Assembly: GCA_019058315.1 (NCBI GenBank)
Contig: JAHPZH010000001.1
Span: forward strand, 503,536-567,535
Direction: 5' to 3'
Origin: Candidatus Helarchaeota archaeon
Lineage (GTDB): Archaea; Asgardarchaeota; Lokiarchaeia; Helarchaeales; RDOG01
Length of the DNA stretch: 64,000 nucleotides
Each line of letters opens with the position of its first letter. The stretch's first letter is position 1. This document shows positions 50,802-60,648 of this stretch, piece by piece. Under the pieces are notes generated by a model. The model worked only from the letters and a program-made list of their open reading frames with translations. It ran no database searches and had not been told where the DNA came from. The position numbers and the translations under genes were made by a program.

Positions 50802-51674
50802 TTAATCTTTTAGTTCTGAAAGGTCAAAGACGTAAATTTTATCTTCCCAACAACTTACGGCGAGTAATTGATTATCAGGAGATATTGAAACTCCAGTAAC
50901 TGCTTTTCCTATCTTAATCTTTTCCAGCTGTGTTCCATCTGGTTTAAAAATCAAAACAGTTTTATCAGAAGACCCACTTGCAATCCACTTACCATTTTTT
51001 GACCAGTCTAGTGCCATGACTTTATCTTGGCCACCTTCCAATGTTTGAGTGCTTTCACCGTCTCGATTATAGATTCTAATCAACTTATTTTTATAAGTCC
51101 AAGAGCCAACTGCGAAATTTTGCCCGTTTGGAGCCCATGCTAAGCAAGTATAAGACTCATAATGTTCTGATAGAACCTTAATTTCGTTCCACCCATTAGG
51201 ATCCCATAACCGAATTTTAGCGTCTTCAGAGGCAGTAACGAAAATATTACCATCTAAGCTCCATCCAAAACCATTTACAAAAGAGGTATGTCCCACAAGC
51301 TCCTTAATGTGGGATCCATCAACGTTCCAGATATTTATTTTATGATCTATGGTGTTAGATGCAATCATTTTGCCATCAGGCGACCAAGCTAGTTTATCAT
51401 TGACATTGGCATCAAAATCCTTGATAGTATTTCCATTTGAATCCCAAAGCCTGATCATTTTTTGTCCAGCTGTAGCTAGCATTCCCTCAGAAGACCAAGT
51501 TAAATATTTTACCTCGAATTCAGGCACTTCCAGAACCTTGATTGATTTTCCTTCTCGATTCCATAAACGTGCCGTCGAATCTGATGCACCAGATGCAAGT
51601 ATTTGACTGTCTGGAGACCATGCTACGGTCTCTACAGGACTTGCTTTGTGACCTTTAAATTTCATTTTTTTCAT
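50802..51674 (-). CDS. WD40-repeat protein (7 blades)
   Basis: GH...V..VAWSPD...LASGASD.TARLW repeats; probable start at MKKMKF. Confidence 0.92.
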   Translation of the reverse strand: MKKMKFKGHKASPVETVAWSPDSQILASGASDSTARLWNREGKSIKVLEVPEFEVKYLTWSSEGMLATAGQKMIRLWDSNGNTIKDFDANVNDKLAWSPDGKMIASNTIDHKINIWNVDGSHIKELVGHTSFVNGFGWSLDGNIFVTASEDAKIRLWDPNGWNEIKVLSEHYESYTCLAWAPNGQNFAVGSWTYKNKLIRIYNRDGESTQTLEGGQDKVMALDWSKNGKWIASGSSDKTVLIFKPDGTQLEKIKIGKAVTGVSISPDNQLLAVSCWEDKIYVFDLSELKD

Positions 51675-51752
51675 TTTTATCACAACAATTTTAATTATTA
51701 ACAATCAAATAGGGTTTAATTTCTACTATTTCTTTTTAAATTCTAAATATAA

Positions 51753-52250
51753 TTAATCATTCCATAATTCATTTTGCATTAGCTTCTTTATGAGTTCACG
51801 ATCGTAAATGAATAAATAAAGTCCAAGCCCAAGTGCAGACATTCCTCCAAAATAAATTAATGAAAGATATCCATTCCAGCCTGGAGGATAAAATAGATTA
51901 AAACCCAGAAAGCTCGTTAAATTTATTGCTAATAGTTCTAAGAATGCACCCATAAGAGTTGTCAGCATTAAATAAAATAATAATCCATTATAATCCAATT
52001 TTTCAATTTTAAAAAGTAAAAGCCAAGTGCAATAAATAAAAATATCGAACAGATGGACGAAAATATCATAGGGTTGTTGCCAAAGTATAATCATTAAAAA
52101 CATATCGAGCGTCCCTTGAATAGATCCGACACATAATCCAACCCAAATATGTCTATATTCTTTGTGACGAGCCCAAATTAAACATAAAAAAAGAACTGCT
52201 ATTCCAAGTGCAAGCCTACCAAAACCAAGCATTGCCCCGAAACTTGTCAT
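51753..52250 (-). CDS. hypothetical membrane protein
   Basis: About 5 TM helices; 10 bp downstream of the FGGY kinase. Confidence 0.7.
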   Translation of the reverse strand: MTSFGAMLGFGRLALGIAVLFLCLIWARHKEYRHIWVGLCVGSIQGTLDMFLMIILWQQPYDIFVHLFDIFIYCTWLLLFKIEKLDYNGLLFYLMLTTLMGAFLELLAINLTSFLGFNLFYPPGWNGYLSLIYFGGMSALGLGLYLFIYDRELIKKLMQNELWND

Positions 52251-52260
52251 AACAGCATCA

Positions 52261-53820
52261 CTAATCTGTATTTAATTCTTGGTAAATTTTATTCATATTT
52301 TTATAAATTTTAAGGTAAGCTTTGAATAATTTATCATATACTTTTTTATTTTGGCGTTGGGGCTGATAACTGGTCTTAATTTTTATTTTATCTTTTAAAG
52401 CATTAAAATTTTTGTATTTACCTAAACCTACTCCAGCAATCAAAGCAGCACCTATAGAGCCTGCATGAAATGGATTTTCCATTGAATTAATAACTTTCTC
52501 TGTGATATCAGCAAAAATCTGACACCAGATTTTACTGGATGCACCACCGCCAATTATGTTGATTTCTCTGACTTTACCTTTATTTCTTGAAAGTAATTCT
52601 TCCACACCTTGAAGCATCCATTTCACATGATATGCTACTCCTTCCAAAATAGCTCTTACAAAATCAGCTCTTGTATGATCTAGGCTTAAATTGAAAATTC
52701 CTCCTCTTAATGTAGTATCTAGGATTGGACATCGTTCTCCAAACATCCAAGGAGTAAAAATTAAATTATGGCTTCCTGGTGAAGAAGTTTCTGCAAATCG
52801 ATCCAAATCTTCATACGTCTCATCTTTCCCAATTTGATCTCTAACCCATTTTAGACATGCCCCAGCACTTTCTTGATGAGCAACCAACATGTATTTTTTA
52901 TCAGGATCAGGTCCTAAGACCGTGCCAGTCATAACTGCAATTTTCCGAAGACGCTTTGAAACTGGGGCTATTAACCAAGCACTAGAACCTACATATAGAT
53001 GAACTTCATTCTCTCGAACAGCCCCCGAACCAACTAATGCCGCAGACATATCACCACAACCATTAATTATGGGAATACCAGGTTTTAAATTCATTTCTTT
53101 AGCTGCTTCATCAGTTAATCCCCCGACAATATCGGTAGAATCCCCGACTTCTGGCAATTTTTCGATATCAATCTTAGCAAGATCACAAATTTTTTGAGAC
53201 CAGTTCATTTTTCCTTCATTTATATCTAGAATCCAGGAAACTGACGCACAATCTCTTGACGTAACATATTTACCTGTAGATTTATAAAGTATCCAATCCT
53301 TACAATCAAGAAATTTATAAGTATCGGCATACATTTTAGGTCTTTCATCTTTGATCCATAAAATTTTTGAAAGAATATCTTTTGGACCTGGACCTGCACC
53401 TGTGATCTTTAAAAATGTATAAATTTTTCTTATATTTTTTAGCATAGCACCCGTGGTAGTTAAATCCATAAGTCTTTTCGCTTGTTCTACTGCTCTAGAA
53501 TCCATCCAGATCATACAGTTCATTAATGGTTTGCCAGTTTTGTCAGTTGGGATTGTTCCATCCATCTGGGTAGCTGGTATTATGGCATCTACATCATCAG
53601 GATTTAAATTGGTTCTTTTTACTAAGTCAATAGTATTCTGTGTAATGGTGTTCCACCAAACGTAAGGATCTTGCTCAGCCCAATTAAGTTGCGGATAAAT
53701 TACGTCATATTCTCGAATTACTGAATCAATAATTTCAGTTTTGTCATCTTTTCCTTCTAAATTTATCAAACTAGATGCAGTTCCAGACGTTCCCATGTCA
53801 TGTGCAATAATATAACCCAT
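52261..53820 (-). CDS. FGGY-family carbohydrate kinase (xylulokinase-like)
   Basis: DMGTSG, WAEQDP..WW, IWMDSRA, GCGD, GERCP, RAILEGVA, GGGASSKIWCQI. Confidence 0.92.
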   Translation of the reverse strand: MGYIIAHDMGTSGTASSLINLEGKDDKTEIIDSVIREYDVIYPQLNWAEQDPYVWWNTITQNTIDLVKRTNLNPDDVDAIIPATQMDGTIPTDKTGKPLMNCMIWMDSRAVEQAKRLMDLTTTGAMLKNIRKIYTFLKITGAGPGPKDILSKILWIKDERPKMYADTYKFLDCKDWILYKSTGKYVTSRDCASVSWILDINEGKMNWSQKICDLAKIDIEKLPEVGDSTDIVGGLTDEAAKEMNLKPGIPIINGCGDMSAALVGSGAVRENEVHLYVGSSAWLIAPVSKRLRKIAVMTGTVLGPDPDKKYMLVAHQESAGACLKWVRDQIGKDETYEDLDRFAETSSPGSHNLIFTPWMFGERCPILDTTLRGGIFNLSLDHTRADFVRAILEGVAYHVKWMLQGVEELLSRNKGKVREINIIGGGASSKIWCQIFADITEKVINSMENPFHAGSIGAALIAGVGLGKYKNFNALKDKIKIKTSYQPQRQNKKVYDKLFKAYLKIYKNMNKIYQELNTD

Positions 53821-53953
53821 TAAATTACCTCATTATACCAAAAAATTTACAAATTTTAATTCAAAACACTTAAAATAATTAAAATAGACTTATTGATAAT
53901 AAGTTTTTATAACTTTAATTTATTACTTTCTAATTTGTATAATTTCATTTGAA

Positions 53954-55333
53954 GTGAATAATATGTCGAAATTAAATTGGGCAACACGTTTGGATAATTA
54001 TATATGGATGGACGAGATAAACAGCAAAAATGCTGCAGATGCAGTAAAAGCAGCTAATGCTTTAATGATTCTCAAGGATAAAGAGGCTATCTATTCTTTA
54101 CTCGATACAATAGAAACAAGAATAAAAGATACTAGAGAAAGTTATGTTGATCTATTAGTTGAAATAAGAATAACTAAGAAGCTCTCTAATCTAAGAGACA
54201 AACTTAGGGACGAATCTAGGAAAGTAGAATTTTCAAGAAATGTATTAGATCCTCTTAGAAAATATTTAAGAGCACAAAAAACCAAGGAAGAAAAGGACTT
54301 AGAAACAGATCAGATAAAAAATATAGAAACAAAATTAAATGCAGTCTCTAATTATATCAGAGAATTAAAAAACAGTTTTAATAGTGCAATTCGAGAAGTA
54401 AACCCAAAAAAAGAATTAGAAAAGATGAATATTTCTTCAGGACGTGAAAAAGGTGCACTTGAGTCCTTTTTAAAAGATATTGAAAGCTTAGATAATTTTT
54501 CTGAAAGAGATAAAACAATTGAAGATATAAAGAATTTTTATGAAAACGAAAGTAATTTTTATGATCTTTCAAAAGCAATTTTTGATATATTAGTTAAAAT
54601 GGCAGAAGGAGTTCCAATACAACCATTTATTAATAAATTAAAATCAATTGGTAATGATCTAGGGAATCAATTCGCGGACGCTTTGGCTGAATTAGGCGAG
54701 GCGAAATTTTTAGAAAAAGTAGAAAATGCAAAAAAATCTAATGAACAATTTGAAGATTTAATGCTCCCATTATTAGACCAATTTGACGAACTTTCAGGGA
54801 AAAATGTTTCCGTTCAATTTCAAACTATTATTACTAAGCATATTGACAATGCAAAAGTTCTTATTGCAATAATTCAAGCCCTTGGGGCGATATGTACCGA
54901 AAATGAAGCTACTCAAGCTTTATTAGACTTACTAAATTCTCTAGATCTTAAAACACAGAAGAAATTTCTTGATTTAATTATAGAGCAAAAACCAGCTTTA
55001 GAAATCTCATATGGCAATTTAAAATGTAAATACGAACTAATTATAACAGAAATATTTAAAGCGTTAGGAAAATTCAAAGACAAATCAATTGTTGATCGAA
55101 TTCTTCAATTATTAAATTCCGATAATATCATTATAAAAAGGAAAGCCATCATTCTATTAGCTCAATTGGGAGATTCCAAGACCATAAAAGAATTAACCTC
55201 GTTTTTAAATGATGAGGATTTGCAAGTCCAAGAATACGCAATGATAGCACTAAAACAAATGGTTCCCTTTTTAAAAGGAATGGATAAATCAGAGATTTTA
55301 AATAATATTAATTTAGATTATGCAAAAAAGTAA
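53954..55333 (+). CDS. helical protein with C-terminal HEAT repeats
   Basis: KALGKFKD..IVDRILQLL and LAQLGD..TIKEL..FLND repeats. Confidence 0.75.
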   Translation: MNNMSKLNWATRLDNYIWMDEINSKNAADAVKAANALMILKDKEAIYSLLDTIETRIKDTRESYVDLLVEIRITKKLSNLRDKLRDESRKVEFSRNVLDPLRKYLRAQKTKEEKDLETDQIKNIETKLNAVSNYIRELKNSFNSAIREVNPKKELEKMNISSGREKGALESFLKDIESLDNFSERDKTIEDIKNFYENESNFYDLSKAIFDILVKMAEGVPIQPFINKLKSIGNDLGNQFADALAELGEAKFLEKVENAKKSNEQFEDLMLPLLDQFDELSGKNVSVQFQTIITKHIDNAKVLIAIIQALGAICTENEATQALLDLLNSLDLKTQKKFLDLIIEQKPALEISYGNLKCKYELIITEIFKALGKFKDKSIVDRILQLLNSDNIIIKRKAIILLAQLGDSKTIKELTSFLNDEDLQVQEYAMIALKQMVPFLKGMDKSEILNNINLDYAKK

Positions 55334-55501
55334 AATTTCTCTTTTTTTCAAATCAATTTATTTTGTGAAACGTTCCCTTATTGGATAACTATATATTTGA
55401 TGGATCATTAATATTGATAAATTGAATTAACTCGAATTATTTATCATTTTGAGTTTCTTACTTCACGATTCAAATAGAATATGTCAAAGAGGCGTTTTTA
55501 A

Positions 55502-56014
55502 TTGAGTTTAGAAGATAAAATTGGCAAACTTGAAAAAGCTTTGAACGAGATTAAACAAAGATTAGTAAAAGTTGAACAAAAAGTAGGGATTTCCCAATCA
55601 AGTACTGGGATAAAACCATCAGAAAAACTTGTCGCTCCCATTCCGAAACCCTCATTACCCAGTGCCCCTATACCAAAACCTAAATCAAGCACTCCTTCGG
55701 CTCCAATTCCTAAACCTGCATCAAATACTCCTTCAGCTCCAATTCCCCAACCTGCATCTACAGCATCTAATATTGATTTAAAACCTACTGTTAGGAAAAA
55801 ACAAATAATAAAACAAGCATTACCTAGAGGAGGAGCAACAAGCCAAATTAAAGCTAAAAAGGGAGTTTTTCATTGTCCACAATGCGATAGTGATTATTAT
55901 GAGGAGCTTGAGGATAAAACAAAGCCATTATATACAATGGGCCCTGGCATTGCAATTTACAAAAAGAAACTCCGTTGCTGGAATTGTGGGCATGAGTGGC
56001 CGAAACCATCTTAA
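55502..56014 (+). CDS. coiled coil / PSAP-repeat / zinc-ribbon protein
   Basis: N-terminal heptads; three PSAPIP(K/Q)P repeats spaced 12 aa apart; CPQC...CWNCGHEW. Confidence 0.8.
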   Translation: MSLEDKIGKLEKALNEIKQRLVKVEQKVGISQSSTGIKPSEKLVAPIPKPSLPSAPIPKPKSSTPSAPIPKPASNTPSAPIPQPASTASNIDLKPTVRKKQIIKQALPRGGATSQIKAKKGVFHCPQCDSDYYEELEDKTKPLYTMGPGIAIYKKKLRCWNCGHEWPKPS

Positions 56015-56255
56015 CCTTAATTTAATATACAACTAATATATTAAGTCAATTTCTCTTTTTTTAATATGATTCATTTGTTAATTTAAAAAATGAATTATTT
56101 TATTCACTTGATAGTCGAAAAATATGTCACCCAAAAAATTGATGACACATAATATTTTTTTTTAAAAGAGTAATATACCTCTAGTAATCTATAATATCTT
56201 TTTTTCTTTTCTCTATATAGTAAAAAGGAAGAAACGTTATTAATCTTAACATTTA

Positions 56256-56765
56256 TTATAATTTTAAACTCAGCTGGTCTGCGTTTTCACCCCACGAATA
56301 GAAATGATTTATTGTCTTTACAAATTTAAAATTCAATTTTTTATAGAATTTATACGCATCTTTATTGGATTCTTGAACATGAAGATAAATTTCCTTTACT
56401 TTAGGATGTTTTTTGAGATTATCAATTAATTTATTTATGAGTAATTTGCCAATTCCTTGTCTACGATAATCTTCTAAAACTCCAATTGCATAAACCAAAG
56501 CAGAATTTTTCTTTACCTCTCCTCCATTTATATCTACTAAAATAAAAGCAACTATTTTATTTTCAAGACTGTCCTCGGCAACTAGAAATAAATCTGGATG
56601 TTTCTTATGGTAAATATTAAATAAATATGAAAAGGAAACCCTTAAGGTAGCAGAATTAACCACATCAACTTGATCAAAATCCTTACGGGTATATTCCCTA
56701 CAAATTATATTATTCACAGAATCCATATTTGTCGATTTTCCATTTTTTTTTGATATTAAAACCAT
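56256..56765 (-). CDS. GNAT N-acetyltransferase (RimI/Ard1-like)
   Basis: IGV..DYRRQGIGK, LHVQESN..A..FYKKLNF, FY..GE.A. The start may be 56726. Confidence 0.88.
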   Translation of the reverse strand: MVLISKKNGKSTNMDSVNNIICREYTRKDFDQVDVVNSATLRVSFSYLFNIYHKKHPDLFLVAEDSLENKIVAFILVDINGGEVKKNSALVYAIGVLEDYRRQGIGKLLINKLIDNLKKHPKVKEIYLHVQESNKDAYKFYKKLNFKFVKTINHFYSWGENADQLSLKL

Positions 56766-56856
56766 TTTGTTTAAAACTGATTTTTTATATCAAATATTTA
56801 AAATTTATTAGATTTAAAGTAGTTTTAAATGTAAAAGAAAATGAGGTAGAATTTAA

Positions 56857-57546
56857 TTGGCAAGTCCTTTTCGTGTTTATGAAAATATCTATTGTATTGG
56901 AGGTGGCAGCATTTCAAGTGCCGGCGATTGCATGGTTTATCTTATTGATATGAAAAAAAATAACCTTGTTTTAATTGATTCTGGAGTAACAAATTTTAAT
57001 AGAATTGTAGATAATATTAAAACTCTAAATTTTGATCCAAATAATCTTACTGCCCATATTATAACACATTGCCATATAGATCACATTGGAAATTCTGCTC
57101 ATTTCAAGAAATCATTTAATTTAAAAGTCTATGCACATGAACTTGACGTAGAACCAATTGAAAAAGGCGGTTCAAAGACAGGAGCAAGTTTTTATGGAGT
57201 TAATTATGAACCTGTAGAAATCGATCAAAAGTTTACAACAAGAGAGGGAGAGGAGATTTTACATATTGGAGAATATGACCTTCATATTCTTCATATTCCT
57301 GGGCATACACCAGGGGGTATAGCACCCTATATTGATATCGGTGGAAAACGAGTCATTTTTGCTCAAGATGTTCATGGTCCGCTTTTTCCTGCATTCGGTT
57401 CAGATAGAAAACAATTTGTCAAGTCTTTAAAAAGAATGCAAGATTTAAATGCTGATATTCTTTGTGAAGGACATTTCGGAATATATGATAGTAAGGACAA
57501 AGTTAAAGAATATATTGGCAGCTACATTTCTCAATTCTCAAGATAA
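56857..57546 (+). CDS. metallo-beta-lactamase-fold hydrolase
   Basis: IDSG, THCHIDHIG, PGHTPG, QD, CEGH. Confidence 0.92.
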   Translation: MASPFRVYENIYCIGGGSISSAGDCMVYLIDMKKNNLVLIDSGVTNFNRIVDNIKTLNFDPNNLTAHIITHCHIDHIGNSAHFKKSFNLKVYAHELDVEPIEKGGSKTGASFYGVNYEPVEIDQKFTTREGEEILHIGEYDLHILHIPGHTPGGIAPYIDIGGKRVIFAQDVHGPLFPAFGSDRKQFVKSLKRMQDLNADILCEGHFGIYDSKDKVKEYIGSYISQFSR

Positions 57547-57667
57547 ATTATTTAATTTTTATTTCTTAAATAATATCATTTATATTATGGTCTGATTCAT
57601 TTAATAAAATAAATTGATAAGCTTCTTTTTGGAGTTCTATAATGAAATTAAATTGGATGTAAGATCT

Positions 57668-58402
57668 ATGGAAAAAAAATTTCAAATCATAATCGATAAG
57701 AGAGAACCAAAAAAAATTATTGATTTACTCAAACAAGAAGAAATTGAAGTTAAGACGCAAAATTTAGATGTAGGGGACTATATTATTTCTGATTCTTTGG
57801 CCGTCGAAAGAAAATCAGGTCGTGACCTAGTTTCTTCAATAACTCAAGATAGAAGAAATTTGTTTGAGCAATTGATGCGGCTCTCAGAAACATATGAACT
57901 ACCAATTCTACTAATTGAAAATTTAAAAGCTGCTTTTAAATCTCAAATGGATCCTGCATCCATCTATGGAGTTATCACCAGTATTGCACAAAGAAATCGA
58001 ATTCCTATCATTCCTACCCTTAATTATAAAGATACGGTATTAGCTCTAAAAAGAATGGTTATTAGGGAACAAAAAGAAGAGGAAGAGCCTTTTGTAATAG
58101 CAAGAAGAGCCCCAAAGACAATGTCACATGAAGAACGCCAAACTTTTTATTTGGAGGGACTTTATAATATAGGACCAAAACGTGCACAACAATTATTGGA
58201 CACCTTTACAACCCCAAATGGAGTTCATAAAGCGATAAAAAATACCAAAATATTATATACGAAAACTGGAAAAGTAAAAGGAATTGAGGGTGAACTATGT
58301 AAGGTCAAAGGCATCGGTCCCAATTTTGTTATAAAAAATAAAAAATTATTATTTAATATAGAAGTAAACAACTCAAAACTTCAAAAAAAATTAAAAAATT
58401 AG
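57668..58402 (+). CDS. xpf: short XPF/ERCC4 structure-specific endonuclease (nuclease + HhH)
   Basis: IIDKRE, LDVGDY, VERKS..D, GLYNIGPKRA, VKGIGP; no helicase domain. Confidence 0.88.
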   Translation: MEKKFQIIIDKREPKKIIDLLKQEEIEVKTQNLDVGDYIISDSLAVERKSGRDLVSSITQDRRNLFEQLMRLSETYELPILLIENLKAAFKSQMDPASIYGVITSIAQRNRIPIIPTLNYKDTVLALKRMVIREQKEEEEPFVIARRAPKTMSHEERQTFYLEGLYNIGPKRAQQLLDTFTTPNGVHKAIKNTKILYTKTGKVKGIEGELCKVKGIGPNFVIKNKKLLFNIEVNNSKLQKKLKN

Positions 58403-58429
58403 CTAAAATCTAACAAATAGTATTAATAA

Positions 58430-59017
58430 TTAGTCTGATTTGGGTTTTGCTCGACGTTTTAAAATTTTAGGTTCCTTAACATATGGTGGACGGGGTTTGA
58501 AGTTTGGAGGCTTTGGTAGTCTGGCGACTATTCTCGCGGGATTTCCTGCGACCATAGTAAAGTCAGGGACATTTTTAGAAACTACACTACCACTTGCTAC
58601 AACAGCCCCTTCTCCTATAATGACTCCTCCTAAAATTGTTGATCTGATTCCAATCCATGCTTTTCTTTTTATTATTGTTGGTCTTGGGAACATCGGAGCC
58701 TGTGTTGGATATTGACCTTCTTTCATTCTCATTATTTCTTTTCCATGTGCCACAATAATAGTGTAAGCTGCTATTTGGGCCCCATCTTGAATAATTACTT
58801 GAGAAGGAAATTGATCTTCAATATAGACATTTCTACCAAGCCATACATTTTTACCGATTCTCACTCCTCGAGCTTTATTCAATCTTGCTCGTAAACCTCC
58901 TCCAGGAATGAAACTAGAAATAATATTTACAAAACGAGAAAGTAAATGCCCTAATTTGCTTCTTTTCCTTCTCAATTTTTTTGAAAGTTTTGAATGATAT
59001 AGATCCCTTTTAGACAA
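58430..59017 (-). CDS. left-handed beta-helix (hexapeptide) acyltransferase
   Basis: GVRIGKNVWLG, AWIG..STIL.GVIIGEGAVVASGSVVSKNVP...VAGNPAR. Confidence 0.9.
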   Translation of the reverse strand: MSKRDLYHSKLSKKLRRKRSKLGHLLSRFVNIISSFIPGGGLRARLNKARGVRIGKNVWLGRNVYIEDQFPSQVIIQDGAQIAAYTIIVAHGKEIMRMKEGQYPTQAPMFPRPTIIKRKAWIGIRSTILGGVIIGEGAVVASGSVVSKNVPDFTMVAGNPARIVARLPKPPNFKPRPPYVKEPKILKRRAKPKSD

Positions 59018-59034
59018 ATTGAATCACAATAATT

Positions 59035-59829
59035 CTAATTCTTATTTATTCTTTTAGCAATTGCTATAATATAATTGTCTTCCTTTATTATTTTTATAAA
59101 ATAAATTTCCATTTTGTTCTGATTATTAATATTTACGAAGATTTTATTATTTCTTATAAAAATATGCGTTTTACGAAAATCTAATTTTAATCCAAGACCA
59201 GAAGCTTTAGAAACTGCTTCTTTTATACACCAAAAAGTAGTGCAAATTTCACTTTCAGAAGATTTTAAAGCTCTATAATTAGTAAAACATTTGAAAATTT
59301 TTAAAAAATCCTTAATCGTCAAGATTTTCTTTATTAAACTAGGTGAAAAATTCCTAATTTTCTCGATATCAACACCTATTTGATCAAAACTGGCAATAGC
59401 TACAATTTTATCTTGAGAATGTGAGATTGAAAAATTTATTTCTTTAATGTTTAATATTCCAGAAATGTTTAATACTGGTTTATTTGGAGAATTATTCAAA
59501 ATTTCAATTTCATTATAGGGATAATAACTCAAATTTGAATATTTTAACAATTTTATTATTGAGATCTTTGCCAATATCCTACCATATAACCAAGAAAATT
59601 TCTTTTTCTTATTTAAATATTCATTAACTTCCCGATTTGTAAAAAAATTTTTGAAAAATTCCTGATTTTCTAAATGTGAGAGATAAACATCTTCTTTCTT
59701 ACTAAGAGAAATTAATAAAATAACTAATTCTCCATCTATTACGAAAATAACTTCTTTAAAGTCAAATAGATGAATTAATCTAGAATTTAATTGATTGAAA
59801 TTTGAAATTTGGCCTCCAAGGTCTAACAA
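59035..59829 (-). CDS. Sfp-type 4'-phosphopantetheinyl transferase
   Basis: KP, FSISHS, IGVDIE, FWCIKEAVSKASGLGL. Confidence 0.9.
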   Translation of the reverse strand: MLDLGGQISNFNQLNSRLIHLFDFKEVIFVIDGELVILLISLSKKEDVYLSHLENQEFFKNFFTNREVNEYLNKKKKFSWLYGRILAKISIIKLLKYSNLSYYPYNEIEILNNSPNKPVLNISGILNIKEINFSISHSQDKIVAIASFDQIGVDIEKIRNFSPSLIKKILTIKDFLKIFKCFTNYRALKSSESEICTTFWCIKEAVSKASGLGLKLDFRKTHIFIRNNKIFVNINNQNKMEIYFIKIIKEDNYIIAIAKRINKN

Positions 59830-59906
59830 AAAATATCTCCAACATTAAAATTTATATTTATTCAAAAAATAGAGATCTATTTATATTAATTTATAAGGTT
59901 GAAATT

Positions 59907-60311
59907 ATGAATATAGAAATTGGAAAAACAGCGGAATTTTCAAAAACAATCACTGAAGATGACGTAAAGAAAATGGTAGTAATTTCTGGGGATGATAATC
60001 CAATTCATCTCGACGAGGAATTTGCAAAAAGAACTATATATAGAGGAAGAATAGCACATGGTCTACTCTCGTTGGGTTTGGTCTCCGCAGCATTGACTAA
60101 ACTTTTTGGACCAGGAAATATTTGGTTGAATCAAACTTTTTCTTTTACAAAACCGATTCACATTGGAGATACACTAAAAGCAAAATTAAAAATCATCTCT
60201 ATAGATAAAAGAAAAGTTTGTACTGTGGAAACTTTGGTTTATAATCAAAATGATGAATTAGTTTTAGATGGTAAAGCTGAATCAAAAGTTGCTTATATTA
60301 AAAAAAAGTGA
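59907..60311 (+). CDS. MaoC-family (R)-specific enoyl-thioester hydratase/dehydratase
   Basis: SGDDNPIHLD..FA...IAHG, F.KPI.IGD. The start was moved to ATG 59907. Confidence 0.9.
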   Translation: MNIEIGKTAEFSKTITEDDVKKMVVISGDDNPIHLDEEFAKRTIYRGRIAHGLLSLGLVSAALTKLFGPGNIWLNQTFSFTKPIHIGDTLKAKLKIISIDKRKVCTVETLVYNQNDELVLDGKAESKVAYIKKK

Positions 60312-60408
60312 AAAAGTCTTGAACCATTAAAAAAAAATAGTTTGAATAACCTTTAATTACAAAATATTTAGAAAATATCATATAACTGCTTGATAGTTGA
60401 TTAAAGTC

Positions 60409-60648
60409 ATGGTTAACTTGGAAAAATTCTTGGAGTATGTCTCCGAAGTATTCGAAATAGATCAGTCAGAAATATCTGATGAGCTAACTCCTGATGATAT
60501 TGAAGTTTGGGATTCCATTTCTCATATGGACTTAATGGCAAAATTCGAAGAAGAGTGGGGAGTTACATTTGATGTAGAGGAACTAACGGAAATGGAAACA
60601 ATCGGCCTTATTAAGAAAGCTTTGATCCGTCACGGAGTTGAATTATGA
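60409..60648 (+). CDS. acyl carrier protein
   Basis: Acidic ~79-aa protein with the WDSISHM phosphopantetheine-attachment motif (Ser codon at 60514) and EEEWGV.F. Confidence 0.9.
   Translation: MVNLEKFLEYVSEVFEIDQSEISDELTPDDIEVWDSISHMDLMAKFEEEWGVTFDVEELTEMETIGLIKKALIRHGVEL

Noticed and set aside
50802-53820. WD40 protein and FGGY kinase as part of the split-dikinase system
   Set aside because: They lie on the opposite strand, convergent with the dikinase genes, and belong to common families; proximity alone is insufficient without synteny data.
56124-56150. TGTCA...TGACA inverted repeat between convergent genes
   Set aside because: The stem is only 5-6 bp; too weak to call a terminator or a mobile-element end.
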